Shown piece after piece: positions 15,001-30,000 of a DNA stretch of 64,000 nt. The stretch comes from Eledone cirrhosa (Eukaryota), in contig OZ024740.1 of the NCBI GenBank assembly GCA_964016885.1, forward strand, positions 38,254,001-38,318,000, read 5' to 3'. Positions within the stretch are counted from its first letter, which is position 1. Each line of letters begins with the position of its first letter. The notes beneath the pieces were generated by a model that saw only the letters and a program-made list of their open reading frames with translations, had not been told where the DNA came from and made no database searches. A program made the position numbers and the translations under genes.

Positions 15001-18000
15001 CTGATCTTATACATTACACTACAGATGAGGTACAAACAGCTGACTAACTAGGTTATTTTTATATTAATCCTAGCTCATCTTATACATTACACTACAGATC
15101 AGGTACAAACAGTTGACTAACTAGGTTGTGTTTACATTAATCTTAGCTCATCTTATACATTACACTACAGATCAGGTACAAACAGCTGACTAACTAGGTT
15201 ATTTTTACATTAATCCTAGCTCATCTTATACATTACACTACAGATCAGGTACAAACAGTTGACTAACTAGGTTGTGTTTACATTAATCCTAGCTCATCTT
15301 ATACATTACATTACAGATCAGGTACTAACAGCTGACTAACTAGGTTGTGTTTACATTAATCCTAGCTCATCTTATACATTACACTACAGATCAGGTACAA
15401 ACAGTTGACTAACTAGGTTGTGTTTACATTAATCCTAGCTCATCTTATACATTACACTACAGATCAGGTACAAACAGCTGACTAACTAGGTTATTTTTAC
15501 TTTAATCCTAGCTCATTTTATACATTACACTACAGATCAGGTACAAACAGCTGACTAACTAGGTTGTTTTTACATTAATCCTAGCTCATCTTATACATTA
15601 CACTAGAGATCAGGTACAAACAGCTGACTAACTAGGTTATTTTTACTTTAATCCTAGCTTATCTTATACATTACACTACAGATCAGGTACAAACAGCTGA
15701 CTAACTAGGTTGTTTTTACATTAATCCTAGCTCATCTTATACATTACACTACAGATCAGGTACAAACAGTTGACTAACTAGGTTGTGTTTACATTAATCC
15801 TAGCTCATCTTATACATTACACTACAGATCAGGTACAAACAGTTGACAAACTAGGTTGTGTTTACATTAATCCTAGCTCATCTTATACATTATATAACAG
15901 ATCAGGTACAAACAGTTGACTAACTAGGTTGTTTTTACATTAATCCTAGCTCATCGTATACATTACACTACAGATCAGGTACAAACAGCAGACTAACTAG
16001 GTTGTGTTTACATTAATACTAGCTCATCTTTAACATTACACTACAGATCAGGTACAAACAGTTGACTAACTAGGTTGTGTTTACATTAATCCTAGCTCAT
16101 CTTATACATTACACTACAGATCAGGTACAAACAGCTGACTAACTAGGTTATTTTTACATTAATCCTAGCTCATCTTATACATTACACTACAGATCAGATA
16201 CAAACAGTTGACTAACTAGGTTGTGTTTACATTAATCCTAGCTCATCTTATACATTACACTACAGATCAGGTACAAACAGCTGACTAACTAGGTTATTTT
16301 TACATTAATCCTAGCTCATCGTATACATTACACTACAGATCAGGTACAAACAGTTGACTAACTAGGTTGTGTTTACATTAATCCTAGCTCATCTTATACA
16401 TTACACTACAGATCAGGTACAAACAGCTGACTAACTAGGTTGTGTTTACATTAATCCTAGCTCATCTTATACATTACACTACAGATCAGGTACAAACAGC
16501 TGACTAACTAGGTTATTTTTACATTAATCCTAGCTCATCTTATACATTACACTACAGATCAGGTACAAACAGTTGACTAACTAGGTTGTGTTTACATTAA
16601 TCCTAGCTCATCTTATACATTACACTACAGATCAGGTAGAAACAGCTGACTAACTAGGTTATTTTTACATTAATCCTAGCTCATCTTATACATTACACTA
16701 CAGATCAGGTACAAACAGTTGACTAACTAGGTTGTATTTACATTAATCCTAGCTCATCTTATACATTACACTACAGATCAGGTACAAACATCTGACTAAC
16801 TAGGTTATTTTTACATTAATCCTAGCTCATCTTATACATTACACTACAGATCAGGTACAAACAGTTGACTAACTAGGTTGTGTTTACATTAATCCTAGCT
16901 CACCTTATACATTACACTACAGATCAGGTACAAACAGCTGACTAACTAGGTTGTGTTTACATTAATCCTAGCTCATCTTATACATTACACTACAGATCAG
17001 GTACAAACAGCTGACTAACTAGGTTATTTTTACATTAATCCTAGCTCATCTTATACATTACACTACAGATCAGGTACAAACAGTTGACTAACTAGGTTGT
17101 GTTTACGTTAATCCTGCTCATCTTATACATTACACTACAGATCAGGTACAAACAGCTGACTAACTAGGTTATTTTTACATTAATCCTAGCTCATCTTATA
17201 CATTACACTACAGATCAGGTACAAACAGCTGACTAACTAGGTTATTTTTACATTAATCCTAGCTCATCTTATACATTACACTACAGATCAGGTACAAACA
17301 GTTGACTAACTAGGTTGTGTTTACATTAATCCTAGCTCATCTTATACATTACACTACAGATCAGGTACAAACAGCTGACTAACTAGGTTGTGTTTACATT
17401 AATCCTAGCTCATCTTATACATTACACTACAGATCAGGTACAAACAGCTGACTAACTAGGTTATTTTTACATTAATCCTAGCTCATCTTATACATTACAC
17501 TACAGATCAGGTACAAACAGTTGACTAACTAGGTTGTGTTTACATTAATCCTAGCTCATCTTATACATTACACTACAGATCAGGTAGAAACAGCTGACTA
17601 ACTAGGTTATTTTTACATTAATCCTAGCTCATCTTATACATTACACTACAGATCAGGTACAAACAGTTGACTAACTAGGTTGTATTTACATTAATCCTAG
17701 CTCATCTTATACATTACACTACAGATCAGGTACAAACTTCTGACTAACTAGGTTATTTTTACATTAATCCTAGCTTATCTTATACATTACACTACAGATC
17801 AGGTACAAACAGTTGACTAACTAGGTTGTGTTTACATTAATCCTAGCTCACCTTATACATTACACTACAGATCAGGTACAAACAGCTGACTAACTAGGTT
17901 GTGTTTACATTAATCCTAGCTCATCTTATACATTACACTACAGATCAGGTACAAACAGCTGACTAACTAGTTTATTTTTACATTAATCCTAGCTCATCTT

Positions 18001-21000
18001 ATACATTACACTACAGATCAGGTACAAACAGTTGACTAACTAGGTTGTGTTTACGTTAATCCTAGCTCATCTTATACATTACACTACAGATCAGGTACAA
18101 ACAGCTGACTAACTAGGTTATTTTTACTTTAATCCTAGCTCATCTTATACATTACACTACAGATCAGGTACAAACAGCTGACTAACTAGGTTGTTTTTAC
18201 ATTAATCCTAGCTCATCTTATACATTACACTACAGATCAGGTACAAACAGTTGACTAACTACGTTGTGTTTACATTAATCCTAGCTCATCTTATACATTA
18301 CACTACAGATCAGGTACAAACAGTTGACTAACTAGGTTGTGTTTACATTAATCCTAGCTCAACTTATACATTACACTACAGATCAGGTACAAACAGTTGA
18401 CTAACTAGGTTGTGTTTACATTAATCCTAGCTCATCTTATACATTACACTACAGATCAGGTACAAACAGCTGACTAACTAGGTTGTTTTTACATTAATCC
18501 TAGCTCATCCTATACATTACACTACAGATCAGGTACAAACAGCTGACTAACTAGGTTATTTTTACTTTAATCCTAGCTCATCTTATACATTACACTACAG
18601 ATCAGGTACAAACAGCTGACTAACTAGGTTGTGTTTACATTAATCCTTGCTCATCTTATACATTACACTACAGATCATGTACAAACAGCTGACTAACTAG
18701 GTTGTGTTTACATTAATCCTAGCTCAACTTATACATTACACTACAGATCAGGTACAAACAGTTGACTAACTAGGTTGTGTTTACATTAATCCTAGCTCAT
18801 CTTATACATTACACTACAGATCAGGTACAAACAGCTGACTAACTAGGTTATTTTTACTTTAATCCTAGCTCATCTTATACGTTACACTACAGATCAGGTA
18901 CAAACAGCTGACTAACTAGGTTGTTTTTACATTAATCCTAGCTCATCTTATACATTACACTACAGATCAGGTACAAACAGTTGACTAACTAGGTTGTGTT
19001 TACATTAATCCTAGCTCATCTTATACATTACACTACAGATCAGGTACAAACAGCTGACTAACTAGGTTATTTTTACTTTAATCCTAGCTCATCTTATACA
19101 TTACACTACAGATCAGGTACAAACAGCTGACTAACTAGGTTGTGTTTACATTAATCCTAGCTCATCTTATACATTACACTACAGATCAGGTACAAACAGT
19201 TGACTAACTAGGTTGTGTTTACATTAATCCTAGCTCATCTTATACATTACACTACAGATCAGGTACAAACAGTTGACTAACCAGGTTGTGTTTACATTAA
19301 TCCTAGCTCATCTTATACATTACACTACAGATCAGGTACAAACAGTTGACTAACTAGGTTGTGTTTACATTAACCCTAGCTCATCTTATACATTACACTA
19401 CAGATCAGGTACAAATAGTTGACTAACTAGGTTATTTTTACATTAATCCTAGCTCATCTTATACATTACACTACAGATCAGGTACAAACAGTTGACTAAC
19501 TAGGTTGTGTTTACGTTAATCCTAGCTCATCTTATACATTACACTACAGATCAGGTACAAACAGCTGACTAACTACGTTATTTTTACTTTAATCCTAGCT
19601 CATCTTATACATTACACTACAGATCAGGTATAAGCAGTTGACTAACTAGGTTGTGTTTACATTAATCCTAGCTCATCTTATAAATTACACTACAGATCAG
19701 GTACATACAGTTGACTAACTAGGTTGTGTTTACATTAATCCTAGCTGATCCTATACATTACACTACAGATCAGGTACAAACAGCTGACTAACTAGGTTAT
19801 TTTTACGTTAATCCTAGCTCATCTTATACATTACACTACAGATCAGGTACAAACAGCTGACTAACTAGGTTATTTTTACATTAATCCTAGCTCATCTTAT
19901 ACATTACACTACAGATCAGGTACAAACAGTTGACTAACTAGGTTGTGTTTACATTAATCCTAGCTCATCTTATACATTACACTACAGATCAGGTACAAAC
20001 AGCTGACTAACTAGGTTATTTTTACTTTAATCCTAGCTCATCTTATACATTACACTACAGATCAGGTACAAACAGTTGACTAACTAGGTTGTGTTTACAT
20101 TAATCCTAGCTCATCTTATACATTACACTACAGATCAGGTACAAACAGCTGACTAACTAGGTTGTGTTTACATTAATCCTAGCTCATCTTATACATTACA
20201 CTACAGATCAGGTACAAACAGTTGACTAACTAGGTTGTGTTTACATTAATCCTAGCTCATCTTATACATTACACTACAGATCATGTACAAACAGCTGACT
20301 AACTAGGTTATTTTTACATTAATCCTAGCTCATCTTATACATTACACTACAGATCAGGTACAAACAGTTGACTAACTAGGTTGTGTTTACATTAATCCTA
20401 GCTCATCTTATACATTACACTACAGATCAGGTACAAACAGCTGACTAACTAGGTTGTGTTTACATTAATCCTAGCTGATCTTATACATTACACTACAGAT
20501 GAGGTACAAACAGCTGACTAACTAGGTTATTTTTATATTAATCCTAGCTCATCTTATACATTACACTACAGATCAGGTACAAACAGCTGACTAACTAGGT
20601 TGTGTTTACATTAATCCTAGCTGATCTTATACATTACACTACAGATGAGGTACAAACAGCTGACTAACTAGGTTATTTTTATATTAATCCTAGCTCATCT
20701 TATACATTACACTACAGATCAGGTACAAACAGTTGACTAACTAGGTTGTGTTTACATTAATCTTAGCTCATCTTATACATTACACTACAGATCAGGTACA
20801 AACAGCTGACTAACTAGGTTATTTTTACATTAATCCTAGCTCATCTTATACATTACACTACAGATCAGGTACAAACAGTTGACTAACTAGGTTGTGTTTA
20901 CATTAATCCTAGCTCATCTTATACATTACACTACAGATCAGGTAGAAACAGCTGACTAACTAGGTTATTTTTACATTAATCCTAGCTCATCTTATACATT

Positions 21001-24000
21001 ACACTACAGATCAGGTACAAACAGTTGACTAACTAGGTTGTATTTACATTAATCCTAGCTCATCTTATACATTACACTACAGATCAGGTACAAACATCTG
21101 ACTAACTAGGTTATTTTTACATTAATCCTAGCTCATCTTATACATTACACTACAGATCAGGTACAAACAGTTGACTAACTAGGTTGTGTTTACATTAATC
21201 CTAGCTCACCTTATACATTACACTACAGATCAGGTACAAACAGCTGACTAACTAGGTTGTGTTTACATTAATCCTAGCTCATCTTATACATTACACTACA
21301 GATCAGGTACAAACAGCTGACTAACTAGGTTATTTTTACATTAATCCTAGCTCATCTTATACATTACACTACAGATCAGGTACAAACAGTTGACTAACTA
21401 GGTTGTGTTTACGTTAATCCTAGCTCATCTTATACATTACACTACAGATCAGGTACAAACAGCTGACTAACTAGGTTATTTTTACTTTAATCCTAGCTCA
21501 TCTTATACATTACACTACAGATCAGGTACAAACAGCTGACTAACTAGGTTGTTTTTACATTAATCCTAGCTCATCTTATACATTACACTACAGATCAGGT
21601 ACAAACAGTTGACTAACTACGTTGTGTTTACATTAATCCTAGCTCATCTTATACATTACACTACAGATCAGGTACAAACAGTTGACTAACTAGGTTGTGT
21701 TTACATTAATCCTAGCTCAACTTATACATTACACTACAGATCAGGTACAAACAGTTGACTAACTAGGTTGTGTTTACATTAATCCTAGCTCATCTTATAC
21801 ATTACACTACAGATCAGGTACAAACAGCTGACTAACTAGGTTGTTTTTACATTAATCCTAGCTCATCCTATACATTACACTACAGATCAGGTACAAACAG
21901 CTGACTAACTAGGTTATTTTTACTTTAATCCTAGCTCATCTTATACATTACACTACAGATCAGGTACAAACAGCTGACTAACTAGGTTGTGTTTACATTA
22001 ATCCTTGCTCATCTTATACATTACACTACAGATCATGTACAAACAGCTGACTAACTAGGTTGTGTTTACATTAATCCTAGCTCAACTTATACATTACACT
22101 ACAGATCAGGTACAAACAGTTGACTAACTAGGTTGTGTTTACATTAATCCTAGCTCATCTTATACATTACACTACAGATCAGGTACAAACAGCTGACTAA
22201 CTAGGTTATTTTTACTTTAATCCTAGCTCATCTTATACGTTACACTACAGATCAGGTACAAACAGCTGACTAACTAGGTTGTTTTTACATTAATCCTAGC
22301 TCATCTTATACATTACACTACAGATCAGGTACAAACAGTTGACTAACTAGGTTGTGTTTACATTAATCCTAGCTCATCTTATACATTACACTACAGATCA
22401 GGTACAAACAGCTGACTAACTAGGTTATTTTTACTTTAATCCTAGCTCATCTTATACATTACACTACAGATCAGGTACAAACAGCTGACTAACTAGGTTG
22501 TGTTTACATTAATCCTAGCTCATCTTATACATTACACTACAGATCAGGTACAAACAGTTGACTAACTAGGTTGTGTTTACATTAATCCTAGCTCATCTTA
22601 TACATTACACTACAGATCAGGTACAAACAGTTGACTAACCAGGTTGTGTTTACATTAATCCTAGCTCATCTTATACATTACACTACAGATCAGGTACAAA
22701 CAGTTGACTAACTAGGTTGTGTTTACATTAACCCTAGCTCATCTTATACATTACACTACAGATCAGGTACAAATAGTTGACTAACTAGGTTATTTTTACA
22801 TTAATCCTAGCTCATATTATACATTACACTACAGATCAGGTACAAACAGTTGACTAACTAGGTTGTGTTTACGTTAATCCTAGCTCATCTTATACATTAC
22901 ACTACAGATCAGGTACAAACAGCTGACTAACTACGTTATTTTTACTTTAATCCTAGCTCATCTTATACATTACACTACAGATCAGGTATAAGCAGTTGAC
23001 TAACTAGGTTGTGTTTACATTAATCCTAGCTCATCTTATAAATTACACTACAGATCAGGTACATACAGTTGACTAACTAGGTTGTGTTTACATTAATCCT
23101 AGCTGATCTTATACATTACACTACAGATCAGGTACAAACAGCTGACTAACTAGGTTATTTTTACGTTAATCCTAGCTCATCTTATACATTACACTACAGA
23201 TCAGGTACAAACAGCTGACTAACTAGGTTATTTTTACATTAATCCTAGCTCATCTTATACATTACACTACAGATCAGGTACAAACAGTTGACTAACTAGG
23301 TTGTGTTTACATTAATCCTAGCTCATCTTATACATTACACTACAGATCAGGTACAAACAGCTGACTAACTAGGTTATTTTTACTTTAATCCTAGCTCATC
23401 TTATACATTACACTACAGATCAGGTACAAACAGTTGACTAACTAGGTTGTGTTTACATTAATCCTAGCTCATCTTATACATTACACTACAGATCAGGTAC
23501 AAACAGCTGACTAACTAGGTTATTTTTACATTAATCCTAGCTCATCTTATACATTACACTACAGATCAGGTACAAACAGTTGACTAACTAGGTTGTGTTT
23601 ACATTAATCCTAGCTCATCTTATACATTACACTACAGATCAGGTACAAACAGTTGACTAACTAGGTTGTGTTTACATTAATCCTAGCTCATCTTATACAT
23701 TACACTACAGATCATGTACAAACAGCTGACTAACTAGGTTATTTTTACATTAATCCTAGCTCATCTTATACATTACACTACAGATCAGGTACAAACAGTT
23801 GACTAACTAGGTTGTGTTTACATTAATCCTAGCTCATCTTATACATTACACTACAGATCAGGTACAAACAGCTGACTAACTAGGTTGTGTTTACATTAAT
23901 CCTAGCTGATCTTATACATTACACTACAGATGAGGTACAAACAGCTGACTAACTAGGTTATTTTTATATTAATCCTAGCTCATCTTATACATTACACTAC

Positions 24001-27000
24001 AGATCAGGTACAAACAGTTGACTAACTAGGTTGTGTTTACATTAATCTTAGCTCATCTTATACATTACACTACAGATCAGGTACAAACAGCTGACTAACT
24101 AGGTTATTTTTACATTAATCCTAGCTCATCTTATACATTACACTACAGATCAGGTACAAACAGTTGACTAACTAGGTTGTGTTTACATTAATCCTAGCTC
24201 ATCTTATACATTACATTACAGATCAGGTACAAACAGCTGACTAACTAGGTTGTGTTTACATTAATCCTAGCTCATCTTATACATTACACTACAGATCAGG
24301 TACAAACAGTTGACTAACTAGGTTGTGTTTACATTAATCCTAGCTCATCTTATACATTACACTACAGATCAGGTACAAACAGCTGACTAACTAGGTTATT
24401 TTTACTTTAATCCTAGCTCATTTTATACATTACACTACAGATCAGGTACAAACAGCTGACTAACTAGGTTGTTTTTACATTAATCCTAGCTCATCTTATA
24501 CATTACACTAGAGATCAGGTACAAACAGCTGACTAACTAGGTTATTTTTACTTTAATCCTAGCTTATCTTATACATTACACTACAGATCAGGTACAAACA
24601 GCTGACTAACTAGGTTGTTTTTACATTAATCCTACCTCATCTTATACATTACACTACAGATCAGGTACAAACAGTTGACTAACTAGGTTGTGTTTACATT
24701 AATCCTAGCTCATCTTATACATTACACTACAGATCAGGTACAAACAGTTGACAAACTAGGTTGTGTTTACATTAATCCTAGCTCATCTTATACATTATAT
24801 AACAGATCAGGTACAAACAGTTGACTAACTAGGTTGTTTTTACATTAATCCTAGCTCATCGTATACATTACACTACAGATCAGGTACAAACAGCAGACTA
24901 ACTAGGTTGTGTTTACATTAATACTAGCTCATCTTTAACATTACACTACAGATCAGGTACAAACAGTTGACTAACTAGGTTGTGTTTACATTAATCCTAG
25001 CTCATCTTATACATTACACTACAGATCAGGTACAAACAGCTGACTAACTAGGTTATTTTTACATTAATCCTAGCTCATCTTATACATTACACTACAGATC
25101 AGGTACAAACAGTTGACTAACTAGGTTGTGTTTACATTAATCCTAGCTCATCTTATACATTACACTACAGATGAGGTACAAACAGCTGACTAACTAGGTT
25201 GTGTTTACATTAATCCTAGCTCATCTTATACATTACACTACAGATCAGGTACAAACAGCTGACTAACTAGGTTATTTTTACATTAATCCTAGCTCATCTT
25301 ATACATTACACTACAGATCAGGTACAAACAGTTGACTAACTAGGTTGTGTTTACATTAATCCTAGCTCATCTTATACATTACACTACAGATCAGGTACAA
25401 ACAGCTGACTAACTAGGTTGTGTTTACATTAATCCTAGCTGATCTTATACATTACACTACAGATGAGGTACAAACAGCTGACTAACTAGGTTATTTTTAT
25501 ATTAATCCTAGCTCATCTTATACATTACACTACAGATCAGGTACAAACAGTTGACTAACTAGGTTGTGTTTACATTAATCTTAGCTCATCTTATACATTA
25601 CACTACAGATCAGGTACAAACAGCTGACTAACTAGGTTATTTTTACATTAATCCTAGCTCATCTTATACATTACACTACAGATCAGGTACAAACAGTTGA
25701 CTAACTAGGTTGTGTTTACATTAATCCTAGCTCATCTTATACATTACATTACAGATCAGGTACAAACAGCTGACTAACTAGGTTGTGTTTACATTAATCC
25801 TAGCTCATCTTATACATTACACTACAGATCAGGTACAAACAGTTGACTAACTAGGTTGTGTTTACATTAATCCTAGCTCATCTTATACATTACACTACAG
25901 ATCAGGTACAAACAGCTGACTAACTAGGTTATTTTTACTTTAATCCTAGCTCATTTTATACATTACACTACAGATCAGGTACAAACAGCTGACTAACTAG
26001 GTTGTTTTTACATTAATCCTAGCTCATCTTATACATTACACTAGAGATCAGGTACAAAAAGCTGACTAACTAGGTTATTTTTACTTTAATCCTAGCTTAT
26101 CTTATACATTACACTACAGATCAGGTACAAACAGCTGACTAACTAGGTTGTTTTTACATTAATCCTAGCTCATCTTATACATTACACTACAGATCAGGTA
26201 CAAACAGTTGACTAACTAGGTTGTGTTTACATTAATCCTAGCTCATCTTATACATTACACTACAGATCAGGTACAAACAGTTGACAAGCTAGGTTGTGTT
26301 TACATTAATCCTAGCTCATCTTATACATTATATAACAGATCAGGTACAAACAGTTGACTAACTAGGTTGTTTTTACATTAATCCTAGCTCATCGTATACA
26401 TTACACTACAGATCAGGTACAAACAGCAGACTAACTAGGTTGTGTTTACATTAATACTAGCTCATCTTTAACATTACACTACAGATCAGGTACAAACAGT
26501 TGACTAACTAGGTTGTGTTTACATTAATCCTAGCTCATCTTATACATTACACTACAGATCAGGTACAAACAGCTGACTAACTAGGTTATTTTTACATTAA
26601 TCCTAGCTCATCTTATACATTACACTACAGATCAGATACAAACAGTTGACTAACTAGGTTGTGTTTACATTAATCCTAGCTCATCTTATACATTACACTA
26701 CAGATCAGGTACAAACAGCTGACTAACTAGGTTATTTTTACATTAATCCTAGCTCATCTTATACATTACACTACAGATCAGGTACAAACAGTTGACTAAC
26801 TAGGTTGTGTTTACATTAATCCTAGCTCATCTTATACATTACACTACAGATGAGGTACAAACAGCTGACTAACTAGGTTGTGTTTACATTAATCCTAGCT
26901 CATCTTATACATTACACTACAGATCAGGTACAAACAGCTGACTAACTAGGTTAATTTTACATTAATCCTAGCTCATCTTATACATTACACTACAGATCAG

Positions 27001-30000
27001 GTACAAACAGTTGACTAACTAGGTTGTGTTTACATTAATCCTAGCTCATCTTATACATTACACTACAGATCAGGTAGAAACAGCTGACTAACTAGGTTAT
27101 TTTTACGTTAATCCTAGCTCATCTTATACATTACACTACAGATCAGGTACAAACAGTTGACTAACTAGGTTGTATTTACATTAATCCTAGCTCATCTTAT
27201 ACATTACACTACAGATCAGGTACAAACATCTGACTAACTAGGTTATTTTTACATTAATCCTAGCTCATCTTATACATTACACTACAGATCAGGTACAAAC
27301 AGTTGACTAACTAGGTTGTGTTTACATTAATCCTAGCTCACCTTATACATTACACTACAGATCAGGTACAAACAGCTGACTAACCAGGTTGTGTTTACAT
27401 TAATCCTAGCTCATCTTATACATTACACTACAGATCAGGTACAAACAGCTGACTAACTAGGTTATTTTTACATTAATCCTAGCTCATCTTATACATTACA
27501 CTACAGATCAGGTACAAACAGTTGACTAACTAGGTTGTGTTTACGTTAATCCTAGCTCATCTTATACATTACACTACAGATCAGGTACAAACAGCTGACT
27601 AACTAGGTTATTTTTACTTTAATCCTAGCTCATCTTATACATTACACTACAGATCAGGTACAAACAGCTGACTAACTAGGTTGTTTTTACATTAATCCTA
27701 GCTCATCTTATACATTACACTACAGATCAGGTACAAACAGTTGACTAACTAGGTTGTGTTTACATTAATCCTAGCTCATCTTATACATTACACTACAGAT
27801 CAGGTACAAACAGTTGACTAACTAGGTTGTGTTTACATTAATCCTAGCTCATCTTATACATTACACTACAGATCAGGTACAAACAGTTGACTAACTAGGT
27901 TGTGTTTACATTAACCCTAGCTCATCTTATACATTACACTACAGATCAGGTACAAACAGCTGACTAACTAGGTTATTTTTACATTAATCCTAGCTCATCT
28001 TATACATTACACTACATATCAGATACAAACAGTTGACTAACTAGGTTGTGTTTACATTAATCTTAGCTCATCTTATACATTACACTACAGATCAGGTACA
28101 AACAGCTGACTAACTAGGTTATTTTTACATTAATCCTAGCTCATCTTATACATTACACTACAGATCAGGTACAAACAGTTGACTAACTAGGTTGTGTTTA
28201 CATTAATCCTAGCTCATCTTATACATTACACTACAGATCAGGTACAAACAGCTGACTAACTAGGTTGTGTTTACATTAATCCTAGCTCATCTTATACATT
28301 ACACTACAGATCAGGTACAAACAGTTGACTAACTAGGTTGTGTTTACATTAATCCTAGCTCATCTTATACATTACACTACAGATCAGGTACAAACAGCTG
28401 ACTAACTAGGTTATTTTTACTTTAATCCTAGCTCATTTTATACATTACACTACAGATCAGGTACAAACAGCTGACTAACTAGGTTGTTTTTACATTAATC
28501 CTAGCTCATCTTATACATTACACTACAGATCAGGTACAAACAGCTGACTAACTAGGTTATTTTTACTTTAATCCTAGCTCATCTTATACATTACAATACA
28601 GATCAGGTACAAACAGCTAACTAACTAGGTTGTTTTTACATTAATCCTAGCTCATCTTATACATTACACTACAGAACAGGTACAAACAGTTGACTAACTA
28701 GGTTGTGTTTACATTAATCCTAGCTCATCTTATACATTACACTACAGATCAGGTACAAACAGTTGACAAACTAGGTTGTGTTTACATTAATCCTAGCTCA
28801 TCTTATACATTATATAACAGATCAGGTACAAACAGTTGACTAACTAGGTTGTTTTTACATTAATCCTAGCTCATCTTATACATTACACTACAGATCAGGT
28901 ACAAACAGCTGACTAACTAGGTTGTGTTTACATTAATCCTAGCTCATCTTATACATTACACTACAGATCAGGTACAAACAGCAGACTAACTAGGTTGTGT
29001 TTACATTAATACTAGCTCATCTTTAACATTACACTACAGATCAGGTACAAACAGTTGACTAACTAGGTTGTGTTTACATTAATCCTAGCTCATCTTATAC
29101 ATTACACTACAGATCAGGTACAAACAGCTGACTAACTACGTTATTTTTACATTAATCCTAGCTCATCTTATACATTACACTACAGATCAGATACAAACAG
29201 TTGACTAACTAGGTTGTGTTTACATTAATCCTAGCTCATCTTATACATTACACTACAGATCAGGTACAAACAGCTGACTAACTAGTTTATTTTTACATTA
29301 ATCCTAGCTCATCTTATACATTACACTACAGATCAGGTACAAACAGTTGACTAACTAGGTTGTGTTTACATTAATCCTAGCTCATCTTATACATTACACT
29401 ACAGATCAGGTACAAACAGCTGACTAACTAGGTTGTGTTTACATTAATCCTAGCTCATCTTATACATTACACTACAGATCAGGTACAAACAGCTGACTAA
29501 CTAGGTTATTTTTACATTAATCCTAGCTCATCCTATACATTACACTACAGATCAGGTACAAACAGTTGACTAACTAGGTTGTGTTTACATTAATCCTAGC
29601 TCATCTTATACATTACACTACAGATCAGGTACAAACAGCTGACTAACTAGGTTGTGTTTACATTAATCCTAGCTCATTTTATACATTACACTACAGATCA
29701 GGTACAAACAGTTGACTAACTAGGTTGTGTTTACATTAATCCTAGCTCATCTTAAACATTATATAACAGATCAGATACAAACAGTTGACTAACTAGGTTA
29801 TGTTTACATTAATCCTAGCTCATCTTATACATTACACTACAGATCAGGTACAAACAGTTGACTAACTACGTTGTGTTTACATTAATCCTAGCTCATCTTA
29901 TACATTACACTACAGATCAGGTACAAACAGCTGACTAACTAGGTTATTTTTACATTAATCCTAGCTCATCTTATACATTACACTACAGATCAGGTACAAA